Assembly: GCA_021772455.1 (NCBI GenBank)
Contig: JAJFLY010000006.1
Span: forward strand, 19,641 to 83,640
DNA from: Chlamydiota bacterium
GTDB taxonomy: Bacteria; Chlamydiota; Chlamydiia; Chlamydiales; JAAKFR01
Direction: 5' to 3'
Length of the DNA stretch: 64,000 nt
Both the position numbers and the translations under genes were made by a program. This document shows positions 8,763 through 17,585 of the stretch, in pieces (position 1 is the stretch's first letter; every line of letters begins with the position of its first letter). The notes below the pieces were generated by a model. It was not told the DNA's origin. It saw only the letters and a program-made list of their open reading frames with translations, and searched no databases.

Positions 8763-10916
8763 GAATTGCTTTTCGACAAAGCGCATGAAAATCCCCTCTT
8801 GTTTCGCAAGATCGCGAAATTTTCCAGAAGCAATTATCTTCTTATCATCCATCACGAAGATTTGATCGGCCATCTCCAAAACATTTAGGCGATGGCTCGT
8901 TAAGATAATTGTTTTGCCAAGCGCTTTCATGTTGTTCAGCACCCTCTCCTGGGTCTGATTATCCAAGGTATTTAACCCCTCATCGATAATCAAGATCGAA
9001 GGATCGGCAAGTAAAGCTCTGGCAAGTAAGATTTTCTGCTTTTGCCCCCCCGACAAGAGCCCTCCAATACTCGAAAGCATGGTGTCAAGTCCCATAGGAA
9101 GCTCAGGGAGGATCTCATCAAATGTAGTAGCCGCGAGCGCCTCCTCAATCATCTCAGAAGAGCATCTACGCCCACATGTCAGATTATCATAGATATTTCC
9201 GTTAAAAATCTTGTTCTCTTGGTGGACAAAACCTATTTGCTTTCGCAACTTAAAGACATCTATCTCAGTCATATCTTGGTCATCAAAGAAGAGTGTATTG
9301 GGCTCGCACGCTTCGAAGCCAAAGAGGATGCGGCAAAGGGTAGACTTCCCACACCCTGTTTTTCCAACAAGCCCCACAAACTCCCCTTGGCGAATGCTTA
9401 AGTTTAAGTCCTTCAAAATAAGAGGTGTTTCGGATCCATAGCGAAAATGAAGATTTCTTACGGTAATCTGCCCCTTGAGCCTTCCGGGATCGGCTTTTTC
9501 TTCTGTTTTCTCCGGAGGGGTCGTAAGCAGAGGCCCTACCCTTTTCCAAAATGGATAGAGCTCTGTTATGGAGGAGAGTGTTCCAATTAACCCTAGCAAT
9601 GACTGAGAGAAAGGGGTAAATGCTGCCAAAAATCCTAGAAAAGTACCGATTGAGATCGCTGTAATGGAAGGATCGGTCTGCCCTTGGCTTTTTTTATAAA
9701 TCACAAAGCCATAGATCGAAAGTGGCAGCAATACCTTCATAAAGGCGGCTGTTGCCTTCACGACATTTTCAAGATTGATAATTTTAAATGTCAGAGACTG
9801 GTTATAAGAAAAGGAGCGCGCCCACTTGGAAAAAATGCGCTTTTCTAATGCGGCTGAACGCACCTTGTTAATGCCGTTAATCACTTGAACAAGAAAAGAT
9901 TGAATCTCAGCTGTCGAAGCTAAAAGTTTCTTTTCTAGACGAATTTTGTAGATTGCAATGGCAATTACAAACACGCTCCAAATGAGGGCCAAGCTAAGTC
10001 CAAGTAGGGTTAATTGCCAGCTAAAGTAAAATGTCAACACCAGGTAGAAGAGGCCAAAAAAGCTGTTTAATAAGACAGTCAATGTACCAGAGGAAATAAT
10101 ATCTTTGATTTGCTCGAAAATCATCGTCCGCTCTAATAAATCACCACTCGTGATGGTGCGAAAAAAATTGAGGGGTAAGCGGAGAAGACGATCCCAAAGG
10201 GTGATTTGGATCTTATTTGTTAGAAGTCCCCTGATACGCAAAGTGATGACGGCGCGGAAAAATGAAAAGACAGCACTACTTAAAAGAATGACAAAAAGAC
10301 CAATAAATAGCTGCGTGTAGACAGTGAAGTTATAGTTCGGGATCACATAGTCAAATAAGACTTTGTTCACAAAAGGCAAAGCAAAGCCCAGCACAAGCGC
10401 TGCGAGCCCTATTAAGAAAAGGGAGGTGTATTCCCACTGCATTTTTGAGACAACAGCCGAAAAAATCCCTCGAAATTTCCCCACATCCTTGGGAAGAGAT
10501 GGGTAGAGCATGATGGCTTCATCTACAAGAAGGTGGGCCGTCTTTTCATCAACAACTGTGTGCTCTTGTGTTTCAGGATCAACAAAGTGATACTCTTTGT
10601 GGTCATAAAAAATGACCGAAACGGGTCTTTTCTCTTTCTTGTAAAAACCAACAAAGTGGCCATGGTCTTCCTTCCACCACTCAGCCTGAAGAGTGATCTC
10701 GCGGTGACGGAGGACCCCTGGACTGCAAATCTCCTCAATATCTGTACTCTCCTGCACCGAAATAAGAAGAGAGACCCCTATTTTATCCGCGACGCAAGCG
10801 CACGCTTTAAATAGTAAGCTCCCCTCTCCTGCAGGAACCGTTTCCAATTCACGAGTCGCGATCACCTTCTTCAAATGCTTTAACGACTGCTCGACGAGAT
10901 TATCATCACTTTCCAT
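8757..10916 (-). CDS. ABC exporter (TMD+NBD) with an N-terminal degenerate C39-like domain
   Basis: Walker A GKTGCGKST, LSGGQKQKI, ILIIDEG and a six-helix TMD. The N-terminal ~140 aa aligns by eye to the C39 domain of the 13849 gene (HGHFVGF, FVDP) but lacks the Gln placed 6 residues before the Cys. The track start at 10952 is TTG, so I prefer ATG at 10916 (MESDDN...). Confidence 0.8.
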   Translation of the reverse strand: MESDDNLVEQSLKHLKKVIATRELETVPAGEGSLLFKACACVADKIGVSLLISVQESTDIEEICSPGVLRHREITLQAEWWKEDHGHFVGFYKKEKRPVSVIFYDHKEYHFVDPETQEHTVVDEKTAHLLVDEAIMLYPSLPKDVGKFRGIFSAVVSKMQWEYTSLFLIGLAALVLGFALPFVNKVLFDYVIPNYNFTVYTQLFIGLFVILLSSAVFSFFRAVITLRIRGLLTNKIQITLWDRLLRLPLNFFRTITSGDLLERTMIFEQIKDIISSGTLTVLLNSFFGLFYLVLTFYFSWQLTLLGLSLALIWSVFVIAIAIYKIRLEKKLLASTAEIQSFLVQVINGINKVRSAALEKRIFSKWARSFSYNQSLTFKIINLENVVKATAAFMKVLLPLSIYGFVIYKKSQGQTDPSITAISIGTFLGFLAAFTPFSQSLLGLIGTLSSITELYPFWKRVGPLLTTPPEKTEEKADPGRLKGQITVRNLHFRYGSETPLILKDLNLSIRQGEFVGLVGKTGCGKSTLCRILFGFEACEPNTLFFDDQDMTEIDVFKLRKQIGFVHQENKIFNGNIYDNLTCGRRCSSEMIEEALAATTFDEILPELPMGLDTMLSSIGGLLSGGQKQKILLARALLADPSILIIDEGLNTLDNQTQERVLNNMKALGKTIILTSHRLNVLEMADQIFVMDDKKIIASGKFRDLAKQEGIFMRFVEKQFL

Positions 10917-10995
10917 ATGTTTTTCTTTAATCCATCGAGGAAATATTGCCAATCATTGAAAAAAACATTAGTGTCGGTTTGGGAGGGATATTCTT

Positions 10996-12684
10996 ATGCG
11001 AGCAATGATTGCTCTTGCTGCTGTAACTTTGCTAAATTTGTCTGTTTTTGCCGAATTCTCTTCAACAAAGGAAGAGGAGCTGGAAGAAGCGCGCACTCTT
11101 TTAGAAGGTACACCTACTCAGCCTCCGGAAGAGATCTTACAATGGCTTAGGTCGAAGAAAATCTTAGAAGAGACACCCATTGAAGAGTTTGGAAGCAAAG
11201 AGATTCCCCCTTCAGAAATCTCTTTATCCAATGCAATCTCAACGACATTACGCAACCAGTGGAAAATTGAGATCAGTGAAAGTGAGGTCGTCCGCAGGTA
11301 TGGGGAGTGGCAAGAGTCTGCAGGTCCGTTTGATCCTGTTTTAACCTCTACGTTTGGAAATACATGGCTGCTTGACCCCCAACAACTTGGAAACAAAACC
11401 AATGAAACAGGTTCTATCACAACCCTAGAAGTTGCTGTAGAAAAGCTGACCCGTCCTGGAACGCAGTTTAGTCTTGGATCTAGAGTTAAACGCACTCACA
11501 ACCCCTCACTGATTGTCACAGTTCCAGACTTCACCCGTTTTAACGGCTCTTCTCTTGTGTTTGAGGTCGTTCAACCTCTTTTGCGTGGATTTCTCTACAA
11601 TGAAGCTGCTGTAGAAGAAAGAATCTCCTCTATGGAATTTGATGCTTCCAAGTATCTTCTTGTCCAAACAATGTCTGAAGAGGTCTTGAATTCCATTACA
11701 GCGTATTGGGAGCTTGTCGCTGCCGAAAAAATCGTTGAAATCAATGTAGATGCACAACACATTTTAGACGGCTTAACTCAAGCAACCTACAGACTCGTTG
11801 AAAAAGAGCAGTTGGCAGCCTCCGAGTTAAATGAACAAATCGCTGAAATTGCTAGAAACCGGCGCGACCTTGTCGCATCGAGACAAGCTGTCTATGAGGC
11901 CTATAACGCCTTCCTTTTTCAGATCGGAGAGAGGAAATGCACATTTAGCGAAAATTTACCCCATTTAATCTTGGATAATTTCATCTTGCCCCATGGCGAT
12001 AAAAGAGAGTGGGATCTCGACTGCCTGCTCAATCAAGCCTATGACCACAGAGGAGACTTGATCGCAGCGCGCATTGCCGTGCAAGAGGCCGATTTACTCT
12101 ACCGCTTGGCATGCAAAAATGTCCTCCCATCTCTCGATGCATCTTTTGAGGTTGAGCTCCTAAATAGCTCCATTGAAAGACCTTCGCAGAGGTTGTTCGC
12201 CTCTTATTATCCAAAACAAATGGAGAAGGATATTTCAGCCGAAATCAGGCTCTCCATCCCTTTTTGGAACGATCGTGCACGGGGCGCCCGGACGCAGAGG
12301 CGAGAAGAGCGGATGCAAGCCTTTCTAGAAGAGAATGAACTTTGGTCGAGTATCTACTCCGACATTGCCACAATTTTACGCGAGCAAATTGAGCTCGTTG
12401 ACGAGATATATTATGCCACCAAAGCTGCCGAGTGGTACGAGATTGCGCTCAGAGATGAAATCATGCGAACCAAAGAGGGGTATGGCTCCTTGTTTGTTGT
12501 CATCGACTTTGAGAACAGATTTCGCAGAACATTGCTGGAACGGGTCGACGTCCAAAAGCGCTATTCTCAAAATATTGCGCAGCTCCTTTTTCTAACAGGG
12601 ACGCTTGTGCTTGTTGATACGGTTACCCAAGAAATAGAAATAGACCCTTTTAATTACGATCATTTATTGGTGAGTCATGAGTAA
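10996..12684 (+). CDS. TolC-like outer-membrane efflux factor
   Basis: Signal peptide MRAMIALAAVTLLNLSVFA. The 562-aa protein has two long helical/coiled repeats typical of OEP-family proteins. GGGAGGG SD. It is the first gene of an operon with the HlyD and ABC genes. Confidence 0.7.
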   Translation: MRAMIALAAVTLLNLSVFAEFSSTKEEELEEARTLLEGTPTQPPEEILQWLRSKKILEETPIEEFGSKEIPPSEISLSNAISTTLRNQWKIEISESEVVRRYGEWQESAGPFDPVLTSTFGNTWLLDPQQLGNKTNETGSITTLEVAVEKLTRPGTQFSLGSRVKRTHNPSLIVTVPDFTRFNGSSLVFEVVQPLLRGFLYNEAAVEERISSMEFDASKYLLVQTMSEEVLNSITAYWELVAAEKIVEINVDAQHILDGLTQATYRLVEKEQLAASELNEQIAEIARNRRDLVASRQAVYEAYNAFLFQIGERKCTFSENLPHLILDNFILPHGDKREWDLDCLLNQAYDHRGDLIAARIAVQEADLLYRLACKNVLPSLDASFEVELLNSSIERPSQRLFASYYPKQMEKDISAEIRLSIPFWNDRARGARTQRREERMQAFLEENELWSSIYSDIATILREQIELVDEIYYATKAAEWYEIALRDEIMRTKEGYGSLFVVIDFENRFRRTLLERVDVQKRYSQNIAQLLFLTGTLVLVDTVTQEIEIDPFNYDHLLVSHE

Positions 12685-13852
12685 AACAGATCAAGAAACG
12701 ATAGATAGGCTAAGTCAGAGTGAAGCCACTCGCCAACCTCTGACAATTGAATTCCCCAAAAATTGGCCTATTATGGCTGTATTAATTGTACTCGCTTCCC
12801 TCTTAGTTATATGGGCATTTTGGGGGCGCATCCCCACTCAGATTAATGGACAAGGTGTTTCACTCAACCCTTCAGGAACCTTTTTGGTGGAGGCCAATAC
12901 CGCTGGAAAAATGATCGAATTTTTTGTTCACGAGGGGGAAGAGGTCGAAAAAAGCGCCCCTTTGGGTGTGATTTATAACCCTGATCTTAAATCCCTTTTA
13001 GTTCAAATTGAAACGACAGAGTACAAGATCATCCACCTAAAATCCGAACTTGCTCTTTTAGACAAAGCCCTCGAAATTAATGAAGAGCTGTTTGAGGAAG
13101 GGCTCGTTGCAAAACTGATAGTCGATGGAGCAAAGGCTAAAGTCTATGACAAACAAATTTCGATCGAAGAGGCAAAATCCGAACTTAAGACGTTATTTTC
13201 GAAACTAGAAAATTCCTCTCCCGCATCAGGAGAAATTGTCCAGTGGGCTAAGGGTCAGCTACTTGACAGCAAACCCACTCTCGACCTTCAAAGTATTGAA
13301 GATGAACTTTCAATTATTCGCTCGCCAGAGAAAGGAACAGTGCTTGAAATTCTCGTCGGTGAAGGAGATCACATCGACCGGAAAGAGCCGATCATCTGGG
13401 TTGAGCATCCCTTAGACGCTGATGAACAAGAGGTTTTCTACAGCACGGTAAATGCAAATGTGATTGGACGGGTCGAGCCCGGTATGCGCGTGTTGATCGA
13501 ACCACTGATTGTCAACCCACGCGAATATGGAGCCATTATTGGAGAGGTGAAAGACGTTTATCCCTATCCAGTTTCACAAGAAGAGCTCGTTCAAACGATT
13601 GGAAACAAGCAAATCGTCAAATTTCTGCTCGGCGAATCGCCCGTTGTCACCCTTCTAGTGGTGAATCCCAAATCCGACCCAGAAACGGTGAGCGGTTTTG
13701 AGTGGACCTCTGAGCAAGGTCCTCCATTTACGATCCCAACAGGAACCGTGTGCAACCTAAAGCTCGTCATCGAAGAGCAACCACCCATTTCGTATCTGAT
13801 TCCTCTTTGGAGAATTAAAGAGCCATTCACCAACCAGGAGCCTGAAAAGTGA
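12677..13852 (+). CDS. HlyD-family membrane-fusion (periplasmic adaptor) protein
   Basis: Single N-terminal TM (WPIMAVLIVLASLLVIWAFWG), a central coiled coil and a beta-barrel C-terminus. Its start overlaps the TolC-like stop. Confidence 0.8.
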   Translation: MSKTDQETIDRLSQSEATRQPLTIEFPKNWPIMAVLIVLASLLVIWAFWGRIPTQINGQGVSLNPSGTFLVEANTAGKMIEFFVHEGEEVEKSAPLGVIYNPDLKSLLVQIETTEYKIIHLKSELALLDKALEINEELFEEGLVAKLIVDGAKAKVYDKQISIEEAKSELKTLFSKLENSSPASGEIVQWAKGQLLDSKPTLDLQSIEDELSIIRSPEKGTVLEILVGEGDHIDRKEPIIWVEHPLDADEQEVFYSTVNANVIGRVEPGMRVLIEPLIVNPREYGAIIGEVKDVYPYPVSQEELVQTIGNKQIVKFLLGESPVVTLLVVNPKSDPETVSGFEWTSEQGPPFTIPTGTVCNLKLVIEEQPPISYLIPLWRIKEPFTNQEPEK

Positions 13853-15990
13853 TCCGAACGCCGCGTCTTATTCAAATGGAAGCCGTGGAGTGTGGGGCTG
13901 CTGCCCTCGGAATCGTGCTGGGGTATTACAAACGGTTCGTTTCTCTTGAGGAGCTCCGCCTCACGTGTGGAGTTTCGCGCGACGGAGTAAACGCCTTTGG
14001 AATGATTCAAGCCGCAAGATATTATGGTTTAGAAGGAGATGGCTACCACGCAACAGCTGAAGATTTAGCTAAAGTAGACACGCCGGCCATTCTACATTGG
14101 GGGAAAAATCACTTCGTTGTTCTAGAAGGGATTCGCGGCACGTCCGTTTCGATCAACGACCCCGCAACAGGCCCCCGAAAGGTCCACATCGAGGAGCTTC
14201 AGCAACAATTCTCAGGAATTGTGATCGTTTTAAAGCCGTCAGAATCCTTTGAAAAAAAAGGGAAAGATATCTCCTTGGCTTCCCAGCTAAAAGAGCGGTT
14301 TTTCGCCTTTACTCCTGAAATTGCCTATCTGTTTGCATTCGCGGTTGTCGCCCTCGTCTTCTCGCTTGCCCTGCCAGCCATCTCTAAAATCTTTGTCGAC
14401 ACCTTCTTGCAAGGCACTCTCCCCTCCTGGAAAAAGGAATATTTGTTGTTTATGGGCTTCATCATGGTTGCTGTTACCACCATCGCATGGTTTCAAGGCC
14501 TCTTTACAAATCGTATGTTGGTGGGACTCACGATACGATTTAATACCCAATTTCTTCGCCACCTTCTCTCTCTGCCCATCTCATTTTTCTCTCAACGTTT
14601 TCCTGGAGAGATTTTGGATCGTATCGAGTTAAATACCAGACTAGCCTCTGTCTTTATTGGGGGAATTGTCAGCAGCGTTTTAAGTCTTATTTTGGTCTGC
14701 GTCTACGGCTTTATCCTCTTTTACTACAACAGGCTCATTGCCCTGATCGGCATCTCTGCTGGTTTCTTTAATATCTTTTTGCTCTGGTGGATCAACAGAA
14801 CACGGGTCCACGCCTACGCGCGCTTGCAACAAGAAGAGGCAAAAACCGTTGGGATCTCCTACGACATCCTCGACAACATCGACACGATGAAGAGCGTCTC
14901 GGGCGACTCCTTCTTCTTCTCAAGAATTGCCGGCCACTACACCAGTGCAATCAATGCCATGCAAGCAATTGGACGAAAAGATGTCTTTTTAGGGGCTTTT
15001 TCTTCCCTCTCAATCGGAGTGACAAACCTCCTCTTATTAGCTGTAGGAGCGTGGCTTGTGATGAAAGGAGAAATGACAATCGGGATGCTTTTTGCCTTCC
15101 AAATGATCATGGGAAGCTTCCTTGCCCCTTTCAGCAAACTCCTTCAGTTTGGAGCCGCTCTTCAGACGCTCAAGGTTGATATTGCGCGGGTCGATGATGT
15201 TCTACAACACAAAATCGATGTCTTATTAGAGCCCAAAGAGAATGAAGAGGAGACCACTAAACTTGAAGGGAGGGTGGAATTTCATCAGATCAGTTTTGGG
15301 TACGCCCTCTTAGAAGAGCCCTTTATTTCAGATTTAAGCCTGACCATTCCAAAAGGGGAAATGGTAGGCGTTGTCGGTCCTATTGGCTCGGGCAAAACAA
15401 CCCTCATCAAATTAGGCTCAGGGCTTTATCAACCCTGGAAGGGATCGATCTTGCTCGATGACAAGTCCCTCCTCGAACACTCAAGAGAGACGCTCAAATA
15501 CTCACTTGCAAGCGTCGATCAAGAAATCAAGTTATTTGCTGCCACCATCTATGAAAATATCGCCCTTTGGGATAGTAGCGTGACCGAAAAAATGGTTGAA
15601 GAGGCTGCCAAAAAAGCGCTGTTGCACGATGAGATCATGCGCCTTCCCTTTGGCTACCATACCAAGCTGCAAGAGAGAGGGGCAAATATTAGCCAAGGGC
15701 AAAAACAACGCTTAGAGCTCGCCCGGGCGCTCTTGTATGACCCTTCCATTCTGATCTTAGATGAGTCTCTCAACTCGGTTGATTCCGAAACAGAGTCCAA
15801 AATTTTAGCCCAGCTTCAAGAGCTTGGATGTACAACCCTCCTTGTCTCTCACCGTTTAAGCACGGTCAGACACTGCAATCGGATTCTGGTGATGGAAAAA
15901 GGAAAGATCGTGGCCGCTGGAAAGCATGAGGAGCTCATGAAGAGCTCAGAGCTTTACCAAAATTTATGCACATTTGAATTGAATCGCTAA
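13849..15990 (+). CDS. peptidase-containing ABC transporter (PCAT): C39 cysteine peptidase + TMD + NBD
   Basis: The N-terminal LIQMEAVECGAAALGIV has Gln9/Cys15. NHFVVLEG supplies His88 and SINDP supplies Asp104, giving an intact C39 triad by eye. Walker A GPIGSGKTT, ISQGQKQRL and ILILDES. GTG start overlaps the HlyD stop. Confidence 0.85.
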   Translation: MIRTPRLIQMEAVECGAAALGIVLGYYKRFVSLEELRLTCGVSRDGVNAFGMIQAARYYGLEGDGYHATAEDLAKVDTPAILHWGKNHFVVLEGIRGTSVSINDPATGPRKVHIEELQQQFSGIVIVLKPSESFEKKGKDISLASQLKERFFAFTPEIAYLFAFAVVALVFSLALPAISKIFVDTFLQGTLPSWKKEYLLFMGFIMVAVTTIAWFQGLFTNRMLVGLTIRFNTQFLRHLLSLPISFFSQRFPGEILDRIELNTRLASVFIGGIVSSVLSLILVCVYGFILFYYNRLIALIGISAGFFNIFLLWWINRTRVHAYARLQQEEAKTVGISYDILDNIDTMKSVSGDSFFFSRIAGHYTSAINAMQAIGRKDVFLGAFSSLSIGVTNLLLLAVGAWLVMKGEMTIGMLFAFQMIMGSFLAPFSKLLQFGAALQTLKVDIARVDDVLQHKIDVLLEPKENEEETTKLEGRVEFHQISFGYALLEEPFISDLSLTIPKGEMVGVVGPIGSGKTTLIKLGSGLYQPWKGSILLDDKSLLEHSRETLKYSLASVDQEIKLFAATIYENIALWDSSVTEKMVEEAAKKALLHDEIMRLPFGYHTKLQERGANISQGQKQRLELARALLYDPSILILDESLNSVDSETESKILAQLQELGCTTLLVSHRLSTVRHCNRILVMEKGKIVAAGKHEELMKSSELYQNLCTFELNR

Positions 15991-16019
15991 AAAAATAAAG
16001 CCCTCCGCTGGGAGGGCTT
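15991..16019 (-). terminator. intrinsic terminator hairpin between convergent genes
   Basis: AAGCCCTCC (15998-16006) pairs with GGAGGGCTT (16011-16019) around a GCTG loop. On the minus strand it is followed by TTATTTTTT, so it best serves the peptide gene. It also sits 8 nt after the PCAT stop. Confidence 0.65.
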
Positions 16020-16055
16020 ACCTCAACTCTAAAGAACCTTGAACCACAGGCAATG

Positions 16056-16373
16056 CTACAGCAAAATAACAGGTACTTGTGGCTGTGGGTTGCTGGGATT
16101 AAGCGGTGGTAGTGTAGTGTTATCGTCTATAACACCCCCATCATCACCCCCACCATCTGGAATGGTACCGTTTCCGCCCCCATCAACTGGGCCAGGTACT
16201 GGCTCTGGTTCAGGTGTAGGCTCAGGTTCACTATGGTGACCGAAGATTCTTGCTAGCCAGCCCATAATAAGACTGCGCAATCTCATTCTGAAACCACTGT
16301 ATCTACGGAACCCAAAGCCCCCTCGCACCTCTCTTAGAGTCTCTTCCGAGGCTTTTTTAAGTTCAATGCCCAT
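16056..16373 (-). CDS. double-glycine-leader secreted peptide precursor (bacteriocin-like), 19-aa leader + 86-aa core
   Basis: MGIELKKASEETLREVRGG matches the GG-leader pattern: hydrophobic at -4 (V), -7 (L) and -15 (L), Ser at -11, and GG at -2/-1. AGGAG SD lies 7 nt upstream of ATG. It has its own terminator and is adjacent and convergent to the C39 exporter. Confidence 0.7.
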   Translation of the reverse strand: MGIELKKASEETLREVRGGFGFRRYSGFRMRLRSLIMGWLARIFGHHSEPEPTPEPEPVPGPVDGGGNGTIPDGGGDDGGVIDDNTTLPPLNPSNPQPQVPVILL

Positions 16374-16403
16374 AAAAAATCTCCTCTCTCATATAAGAGA
16401 ATA

Positions 16404-16422
16404 GGGGGATTTATTGTCCCCC
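16404..16422 (-). terminator. hairpin downstream of pabA (candidate terminator/attenuator ahead of the peptide gene)
   Basis: GGGGGA...TCCCCC is a 6-bp stem. On the minus strand it is followed by TATTCTCTTATAT. It lies between the pabA stop (16459) and the peptide ATG (16373). Confidence 0.4.
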
Positions 16423-16458
16423 TCGTTAACTCTATTGTACACAATATTTTATAAAAAA

Positions 16459-17007
16459 TCAAACCTTAAGGAAGTTGTTAAGAAGCACTAAGCCATCTGC
16501 CGTCGCCACAGACTCAGGATGGAATTGAACACCGAAAATCGGCTTAGTTTTATGGCGCAACCCCATTACCTCTCCTTGATCAGTCCAGGCAGTCACTTCA
16601 AGCACATCGGGTAAATTTTCTAGGATAAGAGAGTGGTAGCGGGTCGCCTCAAAAGGGAGAGGAAGACCTTTAAAAAGCCCCTCAGAGCGATGATGGATCA
16701 AAGAGGTCTTACCATGCATCACGCGCAGTGCGTGGCTCAAAATGGCTCCAAACACCTCTCCTATCGCTTGGTGCCCGAGGCAAATTCCAAGAATGGGAAC
16801 GCTTGCCTTCTCGATTAACTCTTTGGAAATCCCCGCTCCTGATGGATTGCCCGGACCTGGCCCGATAACCAAAAGGGAGGGGTCTTTATCTAATATCTCT
16901 TGGGCAGAAAGTGCATCATTACGCACAACTTCCACCTTCTGCCCAAGAATTTGAAACGCCTGCACAATGTTGTACGTAAACGAATCGTAGTTATCTACCA
17001 AAATCAA
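16459..17007 (-). CDS. glutamine amidotransferase component II of anthranilate/aminodeoxychorismate synthase (TrpG/PabA)
   Basis: [25 protein letters not shown] (catalytic Cys) and FGVQFHPES are class-I GATase TrpG/PabA motifs. Confidence 0.85.
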   Translation of the reverse strand: MILVDNYDSFTYNIVQAFQILGQKVEVVRNDALSAQEILDKDPSLLVIGPGPGNPSGAGISKELIEKASVPILGICLGHQAIGEVFGAILSHALRVMHGKTSLIHHRSEGLFKGLPLPFEATRYHSLILENLPDVLEVTAWTDQGEVMGLRHKTKPIFGVQFHPESVATADGLVLLNNFLKV

Positions 17008-17429
17008 CGGCTGAAGATCTCATCAGGCTTAAAGAAAAAGGCGATTTCATCGCGCGCTGTCTCAGGAGCGTCAGAACCGTGAACAGCGTTGTGGTCGATC
17101 GAATCGGCAAAGTCTGCGCGAATCGTACCAGGAGCTGCATCTTTAGGGTTAGTTGCCCCCATGATCTCACGGTTTTTCAGAATAGCGTTATCCCCTTCCA
17201 GAACAGAAACAACAACAGGACCTGAACTGATGAACTCAACAAGGTCGTTGTAAAAAGGGCGCTCTTTATGCACCGCGTAAAACTCTTGCCCCTGCGCTTT
17301 GCTCATATGAAGCATGCGCGCGGTCGCTACTTTCAGACCAGCTTTCTCAAATCTAGATAGGATTTCTCCAACCAGATTCTTGCTCACAGCGTCCGGCTTG
17401 ATAATCGATAAGGTTTGTTCTTGTGTCAT
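17004..17429 (-). CDS. ndk: nucleoside diphosphate kinase
   Basis: [10 protein letters not shown]..., [15 protein letters not shown] and NAVHGSD (active-site His). Length is 141 aa. Confidence 0.9.
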   Translation of the reverse strand: MTQEQTLSIIKPDAVSKNLVGEILSRFEKAGLKVATARMLHMSKAQGQEFYAVHKERPFYNDLVEFISSGPVVVSVLEGDNAILKNREIMGATNPKDAAPGTIRADFADSIDHNAVHGSDAPETARDEIAFFFKPDEIFSR

Positions 17430-17472
17430 CGGTTTTCTCCAAATGGGTTGTAAAAGCGGAAATTTTAAATTT

Positions 17473-17497
17473 TTTAAAAATTAAGTTCAATTGATTT
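17473..17497 (+). repeat. 25-nt AT-rich motif TTTAAAAATTAAGTTCAATTGATTT (copy 1)
   Basis: 24/25 identical to 18264-18288. It lies 88 nt upstream of the 17586 ATG. Confidence 0.8.
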
Positions 17498-17585
17498 CTT
17501 TTTTGTTAATTACTTATAATTAATTCATTAAAACATTATTTAAATTAAAAAATAAACAACCCAATTTAATTCGATTTAAAAATTT

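Noticed and set aside
16059-16200. Gly/Asp-rich stretch DGGGNGTIPDGGGDDGGVID as RTX calcium-binding nonapeptide repeats
   Set aside because: It does not fit GGxGxDxUx in register. There are only about two imperfect units, so an RTX-type call is not supported.
16039-16239. Plus-strand 66-aa ORF (Pro/Ser/Gly-rich) overlapping the GG-leader peptide gene
   Set aside because: It is the antisense frame of the Pro/Gly/Asp-rich tail and has no SD. The minus-strand ORF has an AGGAG SD, a recognisable leader and a terminator.
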